NCBI GenBank assembly: GCA_002269645.1
Contig: NIVC01000791.1
Coordinates: forward strand, 1-49,514
Direction of reading: 5' to 3'
Length of the DNA stretch: 49,514 nt
Source of the DNA: Macrostomum lignano
Taxonomy: Eukaryota
Within the stretch, counting starts at the first letter, position 1. Each line of letters starts with the position of its first letter. This document shows positions 17,291-28,349 of the stretch, piece by piece. Position numbers and translations under genes: made by a program. Under the pieces are notes generated by a model that saw only the letters and a program-made list of their open reading frames with translations, did not search any database and had not been told where the DNA came from.

Positions 17291-20200
17291 ATGTGGCAAG
17301 ACGGCATGCTACCGCTCTTGGCTCTGCTTCTGTTTGCCGCTGCTCCCGTGGCAATGGCCGATGGGTCCCGGCTGGACCTGCAGGGAAAAACTCTAAAAGT
17401 GGCCACCCTGCTGGTGCGTTAATAGCTCAAATAACTAATCCTCAGGTTGAGCTGGCAGCCTCCCAGATCCTCAGGTCGAATTGCCAGCCTCCCAGATCCT
17501 CAGGTCGAATTGCCAGCCTCCCAGATCCTCAGGTCGAATTGCCAGCCTCCCAGATCCTCAGTCAGTTGCTGGGCCAGCCTCCCAGATCCTCAGTCAGTTG
17601 CTGGGCCAGCCTCCCAGATCCTCAGTCAGTTGCTGGGTCAGCCTCCCAGATCCTCAGTCAGTTACTGGGTCAGCCTCCCAGATCCTCAGTCAGTTGCTGG
17701 GCCAGCCTCCCAGATCCTCAGGTCGAATTGCCAGCCTGCCAGATCCTCAGTCAGTTGCTGGGCCAGCCTCCCAGATCCTCAGTCAGTTGCTGGGTCAGCC
17801 TCCCAGATCCTCAGTCAGTTGCTGGGCCAGCCTCCCAGAGTGTCAGTTGCTGGGTCAGCCTCCCAGATCCTCAGTCAGTTGCTGGGCCAGCCTCCCAGAT
17901 CCTCAGTCAGTTGCTGGGCCAGCCTCCCAGATCGTCAGTTGCTGGGCCAGCCTCCCAGATTCTCAGTCAGTTGCTGGGCCAGCCTCCCAGATCCTCAGTT
18001 GCTGGGCCAGCCTCCCAGAGTAACAGTTGCTAGGCCAGCCTCCCAGAGTGTCAGTTTCTGGGCCAGCCTCCCAGAGTGTCAGTTTCTGGGCCAGCCTCCC
18101 AGATGCCCAGTTTCCGGGCGGCCCCCTCATCGCAGCTCACACCGCTGTCCCCTGCTCTGCACCCACCAGGAAGTGCCGTTCAGCTTCAAACAAGGCGACA
18201 ACAGCAGCAGCATTCGCGGCTTTTACATCGACATTCTGGACCTGCTCGCTGAAGAGCTGAACTTCAAGTACAACCTGTACGTTGTGCCCGACAACAAATA
18301 CGGAGCCCAGCTGCCCAACGGCACTTGGAACGGCTTGATCAGAGAAGTTATTGACGGGGTATGCGACAATGCGCATGTATAATATTAGTTTTCTAGCGTT
18401 ATAATAACAATAATCTTTTGCACCTAGACCAACCGACAGCTCAGCCGCAGCTATTGCGCGGCGCATCTGAAGACTGCGTGCGGCTGTTCAGTCCAAGGAC
18501 TTGGGGGGGGGGGGTCGCCACACAAACCCTCAATTACCCCAGCTAATGCTGGCACCCATTTTACAGCTGGGTGAACTGAAGCCATGCAGAGTTAAGTGTC
18601 TTGCTCAAGGACACTAATTGTTCCTTCCAGTGGGTCGACAATCGAACCCCCGACCTCAGGCGCGCAGTTGCTAAAAACCCATACTGTTGAATCACTCACC
18701 GCACGCAGAAAGCCGACTTCGCTCTTGCTCCGTTGAGAATTACCGCTAATCGAGAAAAATACGTGGATTTCACCGTGTCTGTGGCTTCATCCGGCATGTC
18801 AATTGTTGTCAAGCAGGAGCTGCAGGAGGCCGAGTCCTATGCCGCTCTGTTCCTGATGCCGTTTGCTCCTTCGGTAAGTTGCAGTTTGTTCTTTTGTGTG
18901 CTGTTATGGTTGTACTGTGATGGTTGTACACAGTCATCAATACAGACTGGTGGTTGTACACAGTCTTATCAATACAGACTGGTGATTGTACACAGTCTTA
19001 TCAATACAGACTGGTGGTTGTACACAGTCTTATCAATACAGACTGGTGATTGTACACAGTCTTATCAATACAGACTGATGGTTGTACACAGTCTTATCAA
19101 TACAGACTAGTGATTGTACACAGTCTTATCAATGCAGACTGATGATTGTACACAGTCTTATCAATAAAGACTGATGGTTGTACACAGTCTTATCAATACA
19201 GACTGATGATTGTAGACAGTCTTATCAATACAGACTAATGGTTGTACACAGTCATCAATACAGACTGATGATTGTACACAGTCTTATCAATACAGACTGA
19301 TGGTTGTACACAGTCTTATCAATACAGACTGATGGTTGTACACAGTCTTATCAATACAGACTGATGGTTGTACACAGTCTTATCAATACAGACTGATGGT
19401 TGTACGCAGTCTAATCAATACAGACTGATGGTTGTACACAGTCTAATCAATACAGACTGATGATTGTATACAGTCTTATCAATACAGACTGATGATTGTA
19501 CACAGTCTTATCAATAAAGACTGATGGTTGTACACAGTCTTATCAATACAGACTGTTGGTTGTACACAGTCTTATCAATACAGACTGATGATTGTATACA
19601 GTCTTATCAATACAGACTAATGGTTGTACACAGTCATCAATACAGACTGATGATTGTACACAGTCTTATCAATACAGACTGATGGTTGTACACAGTCTTA
19701 TCAATACAGACTGATGGTTGTACGCAGTCTAATCAATACAGACTGATGGTTGTACACAGTCTAATCAATACAGACTGATGATTGTATACAGTCTTATCAA
19801 TACAGACTGATGATTGTACACAGTCTTATCAATAAAGACTGATGGTTGTACACAGTCTTATCAATACAGACTGTTGGTTGTACACAGTCTTATCAATACA
19901 GACTGATGATTGTATACAGTCTTATCAATACAGACTAATGGTTGTACACAGTCATCAATACAGACTGATGATTGTACACAGTCTTATCAATACAGACTGA
20001 TGGTTGTACACAGTCTAATCAATACAGACTGATGATTGTACACAGTCTTATCAATACAGAATGATGGTTGTACACAGTCTTATCAATACAGACTGATGGT
20101 TGTACACAGTCTTATCAATACAGACTGATGGTTGTACACAGTCTAATCAATACAGACTGATGGTTGTACACAGTCTTATCAATACAGACTGATGGTTGTA

Positions 20201-23200
20201 CACAGTCTTATCAATACAGACTGATGGTTGTACACAGTCTTATCAATACAGACTGATGGTTGTACACAGTCTTATCAATACAGACTGATGGTTGTACACA
20301 GTCTAATCAATGCAGACTGATGATTGTACACAGTCTTATCAATACAGACTGATGGTTGTACACAGTCTTATCAATACAGACTGATGGTTGTACACAGTCT
20401 AATCAATGCAGACTGATGATTGTACACAGTCTTATCAATACAGAATGATGGTTGTACACAGTCTTATCAATACAGAATGATGGTTGTACACAGTCTTATC
20501 AATACAGACTGATGGTTGTACACAGTCTTATCAATACAGACTGATGGTTGTACACAGTCTAATCAATACAGACTGATGATTGTACACAGTCTTATCAATA
20601 CAGACTGATGGTTGTACACAGTCTTATCAATACAGACTGATGGTTGTACACAGTCTTATCAATACAGACTGATGGTTGTATACAGTCTTATCAATACAGA
20701 CTGATGATTGTACACAGTCTTATCAATACAGACTGATGGTTGTACACAGTCTTATCAATACAGACTGATGGTTGTACACAGTCTTATCAATACAGACTGA
20801 TGGTTGTACGCAGTCTAATCAATACAGACTGATGGTTGTACACAGTCTAATCAATACAGACTGATGATTGTATACAGTCTTATCAATACAGACTGATGAT
20901 TGTACACAGTCTTATCAATAAAGACTGATGGTTGTACACAGTCTTATCAATACAGACTGTTGGTTGTACACAGTCTTATCAATACAGACTGATGATTGTA
21001 TACAGTCTTATCAATACAGACTAATGGTTGTACACAGTCATCAATACAGACTGATGATTGTACACAGTCTTATCAATACAGACTGATGGTTGTACACAGT
21101 CTTATCAATACAGACTGATGGTTGTACACAGTCTAATCAATACAGACTAGTGATTGTACACAGTCATCAATACAGACTGATGATTGTACACAGTCTTATC
21201 AATACAGACTGATGGTTGTACACAGTCTAATCAATACAGACTAGTGATTGTACACAGTCTTATCAATACAGACTGATGGTTGTACACAGTCTTATCAATA
21301 CAGACTGTTGGTTGTACACAGTCTTATCAATACAGACTGTTGGTTGTACACAGTCTTATCAATACAGACTGATGGTTGTACACAGTCTTATCAATACAGA
21401 CTGTTGGTTGTACACAGTCTTATCAATACAGACTGATGGTTGTAGACAGTCTTATCAATACAGACTAATGGTTGTACGCAGTCTTATCAATACAGACTGA
21501 TGGTTGTACACAGTCTTATCAATACAGACTGTTGGTTGTACACAGTCATCAATACAGACTGATGATTGTAGACAGTCTTATCAATACAGACTAATGGTTG
21601 TACACAGTCATCAATACAGACTGATGATTGTACACAGTCTTATCAATACAGACTGATGGTTGTACACAGTCTTATCAATACAGACTGATGGTTGTACACA
21701 GTCTTATCAATACAGACTGATGATTGTACACAGTCTTATCAATACAGACTGATGGTTGTACACAGTCTTATCAATACAGACTGATGGTTGTACACAGTCT
21801 TATAAATACAGACTGATGATTGTACACAGTCTTATCAATACAGACTGATGGTTGTACACAGTCTTATCAATACAGACTGATGGTTGTACGCAGTCTAATC
21901 AATACAGACTGATGGTTGTACACAGTCTTATCAATACAGACTGATGGTTGTACACAGTCTTATAAATACCGAAGTGCGAGTTGCGACCCCCACAGTGCCC
22001 AGCCTGACCTCACATACACATAACCTGTTGCAGACGTGGATTCTGGTAATTCTGTTCTACTTTATCTGCACGGCACTAGCCTTCACCCTGTGGCTGCTGT
22101 CGCCGTACGAGCAGGGCGAACCTCAGCTAGATCAGATTCCAATTCTGCGTCGCTCTAAGAAATCTGCCTGCTCCAGTTTCATGCTGGTCACTGGCGGACT
22201 GTTTGTTCAAGGCGAGTTATTGTAATTTCTTTTCGCTTGCTTTTTCGTACTTAAATGGTCGTTGCAAGTCGCATTTTACTTCTATTCATTAAAATGTGCC
22301 CGTTGCTATGTTTTTGCTATGCCAGATTGGCTGTTGCTATGCCAGATTAATTGTTGCTATGCCAGATTGACTGTCACTATGCCAGATTGACTGTTGCTAT
22401 GCCAGATTAATTGTTGCTATGCCAGATTGATTGTTGCTATGCTATGCCAGATTGATTGTTGCTATGCCAAATTGGCTGTTGCTATGCTAGACTGGCTGTT
22501 ACTATGCCAGATTGGCTGTTGCTATGCCAGATTAATTGTTGCTATGCCAGATTGATTGTTGCTATGCTATGCCAGATTGATTGTTGCTATGCCAAATTGG
22601 CTGTTGCTATGCTAGACTGGCTGTTACTATGCCAGATTGGCTGTTGCTATGCCAGATTAATTGTTGCTATGCCAGATTGATTTTTGCTATGCCAGATTGG
22701 CTGTTGCTATGCCAGATTGGCTGTTGCTATGCCAGATTAATTGTTGCTATGCCAGATTGATTTTTGCTATGCCAGATTGGCTGTTGCTATGCCAGATTAA
22801 TTGTTGCTATGCCAGATTGATTGTTGCTATGCCAGATTGACTGTTGCTATGCCGGATTGATTGTTGCTATGCCAGATTGACTGTTGCTATGCCAGATTGA
22901 TTGTTGCTATGCCATATTAATTGTTGGTATGCCAGATTGATTGTTGCTATGCCAGATTGATTGTTGCTATGCCAGATTAATTGTTGCTATGCCAGTACTT
23001 TATAAACTTTGCCAAATACAACCTGCAGGCTTCGCTCGCACGCCGAAGTCGCCAGCCATCCGGATTCTAGCCAGCGTGTGGTGGCTGTTCACCCTGGTCA
23101 CCGTGGCCTGCTACATCGGCAACATGGGCCCCGTGCTCAACGACCGTCTGGCTATTAAACGCCTTCAGCCGCCGTTTGAAAGCTTCGAAGAATTGGTTGG

Positions 23201-25278
23201 TCAATCGAAAATTCCCTACGGTGTGCTCAAGGGCGCCGCTTCGCACAACATGTTCAAGGTGGGGATTGAGTTTTAATTAATCATCTAGATGTCTTTGAGT
23301 CGTTTGGCTCTGTTTCATGTCAAGCGTATCAATGTCCCAGCCTCTGATTAACCACAAAAATCCTTAAATCACTTGATTCCTAGATCACTTAAAACCTAAT
23401 AGACTAATAACCCGGTGTGGTAGTCTAATGAACTAATATGGATAGGCTTATGACCTGATAGAGTAGGCTAAAGACCTAATATGGTAGGCTAATGATCTAA
23501 TAGGGTTACCTAATGCCCTGATATGGTGGTCTCATGACCTAATAGAATTGCCTAATGGCCTAATAAAGTAGGCTAATGATCTAATAGGATATTACCTAAT
23601 GATCTAATATGGTCTACCTAATGGCCTAATAGAATTTCCTAATGACTATGCTACTCATGAGACTAATAGAGTAGTCTCATGACCTAATAGGGTAAAGCTG
23701 ATGACCTAATATAGGAAGGTCAATAACCTAATATGGTAGTCTCATGGCCTCATAGGATTGCCTAATGCCCAAATAGGGTAACCTAATGACCTAATAAGTT
23801 AGGCTAAAAACCTGATGATCTACCTAATGGCTAAGAACCTAATATAGTAAGGGAATCAAACCCCTATTCCACGCATTCCAACGCAGTCCTCCAAGCTGCC
23901 CAGCTTCAAGCGGGCCGACAAATACCTGCGCGACAACCCGGACAGCCTGGCCAACACGGTGCTGCAGGGCATCAGCCGGGCCAAGACAGGCAACTACGCT
24001 TTCCTAGCCGAGAGCCTGACAGCCGAGTACTACACCAGCATCAACTGCGACCTCATCGCCGCCGCTACTGGCATCACCACCCTAGACTTTGCTCTGGCTG
24101 TAGCCAAAAGTAAGTACATGTGCATCCTTTTCTGGCGCAGGGTGCTTTTCACCTTTTACTTACTTTCACTCCTTGATTGTTAAGCTCGATTTCCCAGAGT
24201 GTCAGTTGCTGGGCAAGCCTCCCAGATCCTCAGTTGCTGGGCCAGCCTCCCAGATCCTCAGTTGCTGGGCCAGCCTCAAGGATCCTCAGTTGCTATGCCA
24301 GCCTCCCAGATCCTCAGTTGCTGTGCCAGCCTCCCAGATCCTCAGTTGCTGGGCCAGCATCCCAGATCCTCAGTTGCTGGGCCAGCATCCCAGATCCTCA
24401 GTTGCTGAGCCTACCTCCCAGATCCTCAGTTGCTGGGCCAGCCTCCCAGAGTGTCAGTTGCTGGGCCAGCCTCCCAGAGTGTCAGTTGCTGGGCCAGCCT
24501 CCCAGAGTGTCGGTTGCTGGGCCAGCCTCAAGGATCCTCAGTTGCTATGCCAGCCTCCCAGATCCTCAGTTGCTGTGCCAGCCTCCCAGATCATCAGTTG
24601 CTGAGCCAGCATCCCAGATCCTCAGTTGCTGGGCCAGCATCCCAGATCCTCAGTTGCTGGGTCAGCCTCCCAGATCCTCAGTTGCTGAGCCAGCCTCCTA
24701 GATCCTCAGTTGCTTGGCCAGCCTCCTAGATCCTCAGTTGCTGGGCCAGCCTCCTAGATCCTCAGTTGCTAGGCCACATTGTAAGCCTTAGCTTTACGCT
24801 ACCGCTGCACTCCTCCGTGACCCTGCCAGACTCTTCTCTGCGCTGCATACTCAACGAAGCCATCCTGAAGGTGAAGATGTCCGGCCAGCTCACAGCCACC
24901 AAGGACATCTGGTGGACTAAAAACCGGGACTGTTCCGACCAGCTAAGCTTCGAAGCCAAGTCCATGGCCCTCATGCCTGGCGACTTTGCCTGCCTGTATG
25001 GCCTGGTCCTCATCGGCGCCCTGGTCGCTCTGCTGGCTTTGCCAGTGGAAATGTATATAAAGAACGCTTTGCCCTTTAAATTATTGCCCAGTCGCGGCGG
25101 CGGCACGACCGCTGCTGCTGCTGCTGGAGCTACTCCGGCTGCTTCGACTGCCGCGGTCGCCGGCGCTGCCCCAGAAGCTGCCGCTGCTCCTGCTGCCGCT
25201 GGACCGTCGTCCAGTGCGGCTGCCGATACCACCGGCGGCGAGTCGGCCGAAGCAGCAGAGCAGAGGCCTCTGGTGTGA
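17291..25278 (+). CDS. Ionotropic glutamate receptor-family channel lacking the amino-terminal domain (IR-like); exons 17291(17306)-17413, 18170-18358, 18709-18873, 22034-22211, 23029-23258, 23887-24109, 24830-25278; ~513-518 aa
   Basis: Domain order: signal peptide MLPLLALLLFAAAPVAMA; S1 (KTLKVATLL/EVPF...GFYIDILDLLAEELNFKY...YGAQLPNGTWNGLIREV...ADFALAPLRITANREKYVDFT); M1 (FLMPFAPS/TWILV); M2 (GGLFVQG...PKS); M3 (RILASVWWLFTLVTVACYIGNM); S2 (FESFEELVGQSKIPYGV...YAFLAES...CD...WWTKNRDC); M4; Ala-rich tail. All exon phases join to an open frame (1542 nt from 17306). Confidence 0.92.
17440..18115 (+). repeat. 28-32-bp minisatellite of the same family as 62-920, in iGluR intron 1
   Basis: CCAGCCTCCCAGATCCTCAG(TCAG)TTGCTGGG units plus GGTCGAATTG variants. 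Confidence 0.96.
18545..18690 (-). mobile_element. CORE-like tRNA-derived SINE remnant in iGluR intron 2
   Basis: CCCATTTTACAGCTGGGTGAACTGAAGCCATGCAGAGTTAAGTGTCTTGCTCAAGGACAC resembles the antisense CORE domain of MIR-type SINEs. The reverse complement of AATCGAACCCC gives a Pol III B-box (GGGGTTCGATT). Confidence 0.55.
18915..21967 (+). repeat. 32-bp minisatellite (CAGACTGATGGTTGTACACAGTCTTATCAATA), ~95 units, iGluR intron 3
   Basis: About 3 kb of visible tandem units. Confidence 0.98.
22312..22996 (+). repeat. 20-bp minisatellite (GCTATGCCAGATTGATTGTT), iGluR intron 4
   Basis: Visible tandem units. Confidence 0.97.
23395..23850 (+). repeat. Degenerate ~21-bp tandem repeat (ATGACCTAATAGAGTAGGCTA-like), iGluR intron 5
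   Basis: Recurring CCTAATG/ACCTAATA motifs at ~21-bp spacing. Confidence 0.75.
24186..24775 (+). repeat. 28-bp minisatellite family array, iGluR intron 6
   Basis: Same units as 62-920. Confidence 0.96.
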
Positions 25279-25794
25279 CAGAAAAATGAGCCGAAAAATC
25301 GGCTTTTTCAAGTGGAACTAGAAAAAACAAACCGAAGTGTGTTTGTGTTTCGATTTTTTTCTATTTACTAATATTTATCTAGTCAATTAATAATTTTTTA
25401 TCGACAATGCGTTAAAAAGTTTTTAGGTATAATATTATATTTTGGGTTGGCCATTCTCGCAATATTATCTTTAAAAACTTGTTTTCTTATTATTATGATA
25501 ACAATTTTATTATAAACTCGTATCATTTCATGTATCGCCAGTTGCTCTACTACGCATAACATATTATATGGCGTTCTGATATTTTTCCTCTTTTCATAGA
25601 ACCACTGTGTCGGTCTGTTTCGTATTCAATAAAAATTTTGTAGCTTTTTATAGTTTATACTTCTGGCAAAAATGGACCCATAATCGTTCATACTGCTTTG
25701 TGTTATATTACGAGTAAAACCACTTCTCCACATTATAATACAAGAATTTAATACTATGAAATTTTTACAGCGATTCTGAGGAAATCGCTTCGTA

Positions 25795-25970
25795 CAGCCC
25801 GCTATGGGCACCCACCTCACTCCCTGCCCCGCTCATTCCCGTCTCTCATCTCCACTTTGTCTCATCGTAGAGCCCGCTATTGGCACCCACCTCGATCCCT
25901 GCCCCGCTCATTCCCATTCCTCCACTTCGCCGCAATGTACAGCCTGGTATGGGCACCCACCCCACTCCTT
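25795..25970 (+). repeat. Three imperfect direct copies of CAGCCCGCTATGGGCACCCACCTC...CCCTGCCCCGCTCATTCCC
   Basis: Copies start near 25795, 25870 and 25949 (third is partial). Confidence 0.7.
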
Positions 25971-26479
25971 AAACTTTTTGCAAGTTCAAGTCAATTTTAT
26001 ATTAACGCATTTTTCCCGATTCTTGCGTATTTGCGTTAAAATGATTTTTTTATTCTGCATTATTATTGATAGTTACGCAGCTTTTGGTGTGCACTCGTTT
26101 AAACAAATAATAAAGCGTCATTTCCTAACTTTTTGAGTGTAAAAAACTTTGTACCGCGCTTTGTTCTCTAGCTTTTTTACCTCAATACGTTTTTCTCGCT
26201 CTAAATCCTAAAAGTTTTTCTCTTCCCAATAAATAAAAACTTAGGCAGTAGCCGATGAAATTTTTTGTCAGTATTTGACACGTTTGTTACGATGCTTCAA
26301 ATAAATGGTTAATATTGAATACAAATTTATTATCGTGTTGCCAAGGCTTGCACTTATTTTACCAAACGTTAAACAAAACTGTTTCGCTAATATTACATTT
26401 GCAGTTTTTTTAATGACACGGATTCTAATAAAAAAAGTGCTTTAAAAATTTTCTTTTGTTCCTGTCTCTGTAGTGTAAT

Positions 26480-26762
26480 CTCACCAGAAGGTGAGATCAA
26501 GGACCACTGGTAATCCAGAGATTGAGTTCAAGGACCACTGGTAGTCCAGAAAGTGAGATCAAGGACCACTCGCAGTCCAAGGTAAGATCAAGGAGGACTG
26601 AAAATCCAGGTGAGTTCAAGGACCACTGGTAGTCCAGAGGGTGAGTTCAAGGGCCACCTGGTAGTCCAGAGGGTGAGTTCAAGGACCACTGGTAGTCCAG
26701 AGGGTGAGTTCAAGGACCACCTGGTAGTCCAGAGGGTGAGTTCAAGGACCACCTGGTAGTCT
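26480..26762 (+). repeat. 31-32-bp minisatellite (GAGTTCAAGGACCACTGGTAGTCCAGAGGGT)
   Basis: About 9 visible units. Confidence 0.93.
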
Positions 26763-27181
26763 AGGCGTAAAATTTGCACGATTCGAGATCAGTTAACTTT
26801 AACCAGACGTGGCAGTGGAATGCATAACATTTAATTATGAATTGCAGTTGATTCGGCCGTATAATAAAGCCTGTAGCGTTTCTATACACTGTAACACAGC
26901 AGTTTGTAAATAGTACATAGCTAGATTATCTCTTGCCGTCTATTTTACCATACACACGGCATATACCTAGCGCATGCAATTAAGCAAACTTAGCTATAAT
27001 GCCAACAAGCGCGTAGCATCTGCATGGCAGTTTATGAGCGTAGAAATATAAACGCCTGGATAATCAGTCTATGAAGGCAACTTGTGCAGTGCTTATTAAT
27101 TATTTATGGACTTAAGTTATCGCTCAGGTAACTGCCTAGACTGGTCCACTGGGGTGAGTATTTGTCGATCCCCACAACTCT

Positions 27182-28086
27182 TGTCAAGTGTTGGTCTCTT
27201 GTGGTGTCTGGCCTGTTGAGTGCTCTTGCACTTTTTGAGTTGTTTTTTTGTGTGCGCCCTAGGCAGCCATCCCCAGACCAGTTCTGGCTGGTTGGGGGGG
27301 GGGGCGCTTAGCCCGGCTTGTCTTTCCCCGCGGCGGCCACTGATTGGCTGGGCTTGTGTTTTTGTGTTTTTATTTTCTAGCCCCCATTCAGTCAGATCTG
27401 CTCGGCGAGCACGCTGATTGGCTGAGAGCTTATTTCTTTTGTTTGGCGTTTCTCTCTCTCTCTCTCACGCTGTCTGCCCCTCTACCCTGTTAAGTGGTAT
27501 ATAGTGCTCAGGCCCAGTCAGCTCCCCGCTCTTTGCTCCGCGCCCCGCGCCAGCTCTTCAAACTAAACTAGCGAGATTCAAGCGAGCCGTGTCTATACGG
27601 TCTCTTACTGCGAAGACTCAATTGATTGTGAGCAAATAAAGCGGTCAGGTGGTAGAGATATTCGAACGAGCTCCACAGCTTCTGGCACCGGTAAGACCCC
27701 GAGTTCATTCGCTTCTTTAGCTTTTCCGAGGCCTTGCCGTAGCAGTGATTCCATAGCTAGAGCGTCATCACGCCTGCGGACTGTGACCACTGCAGCACAG
27801 CAGCGTTGTATATTGAGTATTATTGTAGTACTGTACCGGTTACTTTATATAGTGTGAACAACCTACAGTATCGAAAATAGAAGCCCTCGAGAGTGTCACC
27901 ACACCTCGAGCCGCAGCGTGAACTCTGAGTGTCACAACACAAGAGGGATCGAACTATTATCGCAGAGCGTCGTCACGCCTGCTCGTATCCATAAAAGTAC
28001 AGACAGAGCGTCACTACGCGCCTGTTATATTACGTATAATATATTGTACTCTGGACTGGGCACCCAAACCAGCCCGGGTCACGACA
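27182..28086 (+). mobile_element. Solo LTR (905 bp)
   Basis: TGTC...GACA termini; 4-bp TSD CTCT on both sides; CCAAT-type boxes (CTGATTGGCTG x2); TATATA at 27498; AATAAA at 27635; no internal ORF. Confidence 0.75.
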
Positions 28087-28231
28087 CTCTTTAATACAAA
28101 GTAAAAAAAAATACCAAAAACCCACTCCAACGCAAAAAACTTTAATATGGGTTGGTTGGATAGTTTCCTACTCAAGTGTCTAGACTCGATCTATACTAAA
28201 AACTTGACTTTTTCGACGCCGAAATTTCAGC

Positions 28232-28335
28232 TATCAAAAGCCAGATCCTCAGTTTCTGGGCAAGCCTCCCAAATCATCAGTTGCTGGGCCAGCCTCCCAG
28301 AGTGTCAGTTGCTGGGACAGCCTCTCAGAGAGTGT
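28232..28335 (+). repeat. Short run of the 28-bp minisatellite family
   Basis: About 3 units including both the GATCCTCAG and GAGTGTCAG variants. Confidence 0.85.
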
Positions 28336-28349
28336 CAGGGGGATTGTAC

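Noticed and set aside
24762-25330. Antisense ORFs over the last iGluR exon (similar ones over the lectin, LamG and LINE regions)
   Set aside because: Shadow ORFs of GC-rich coding sequence with no independent homology.
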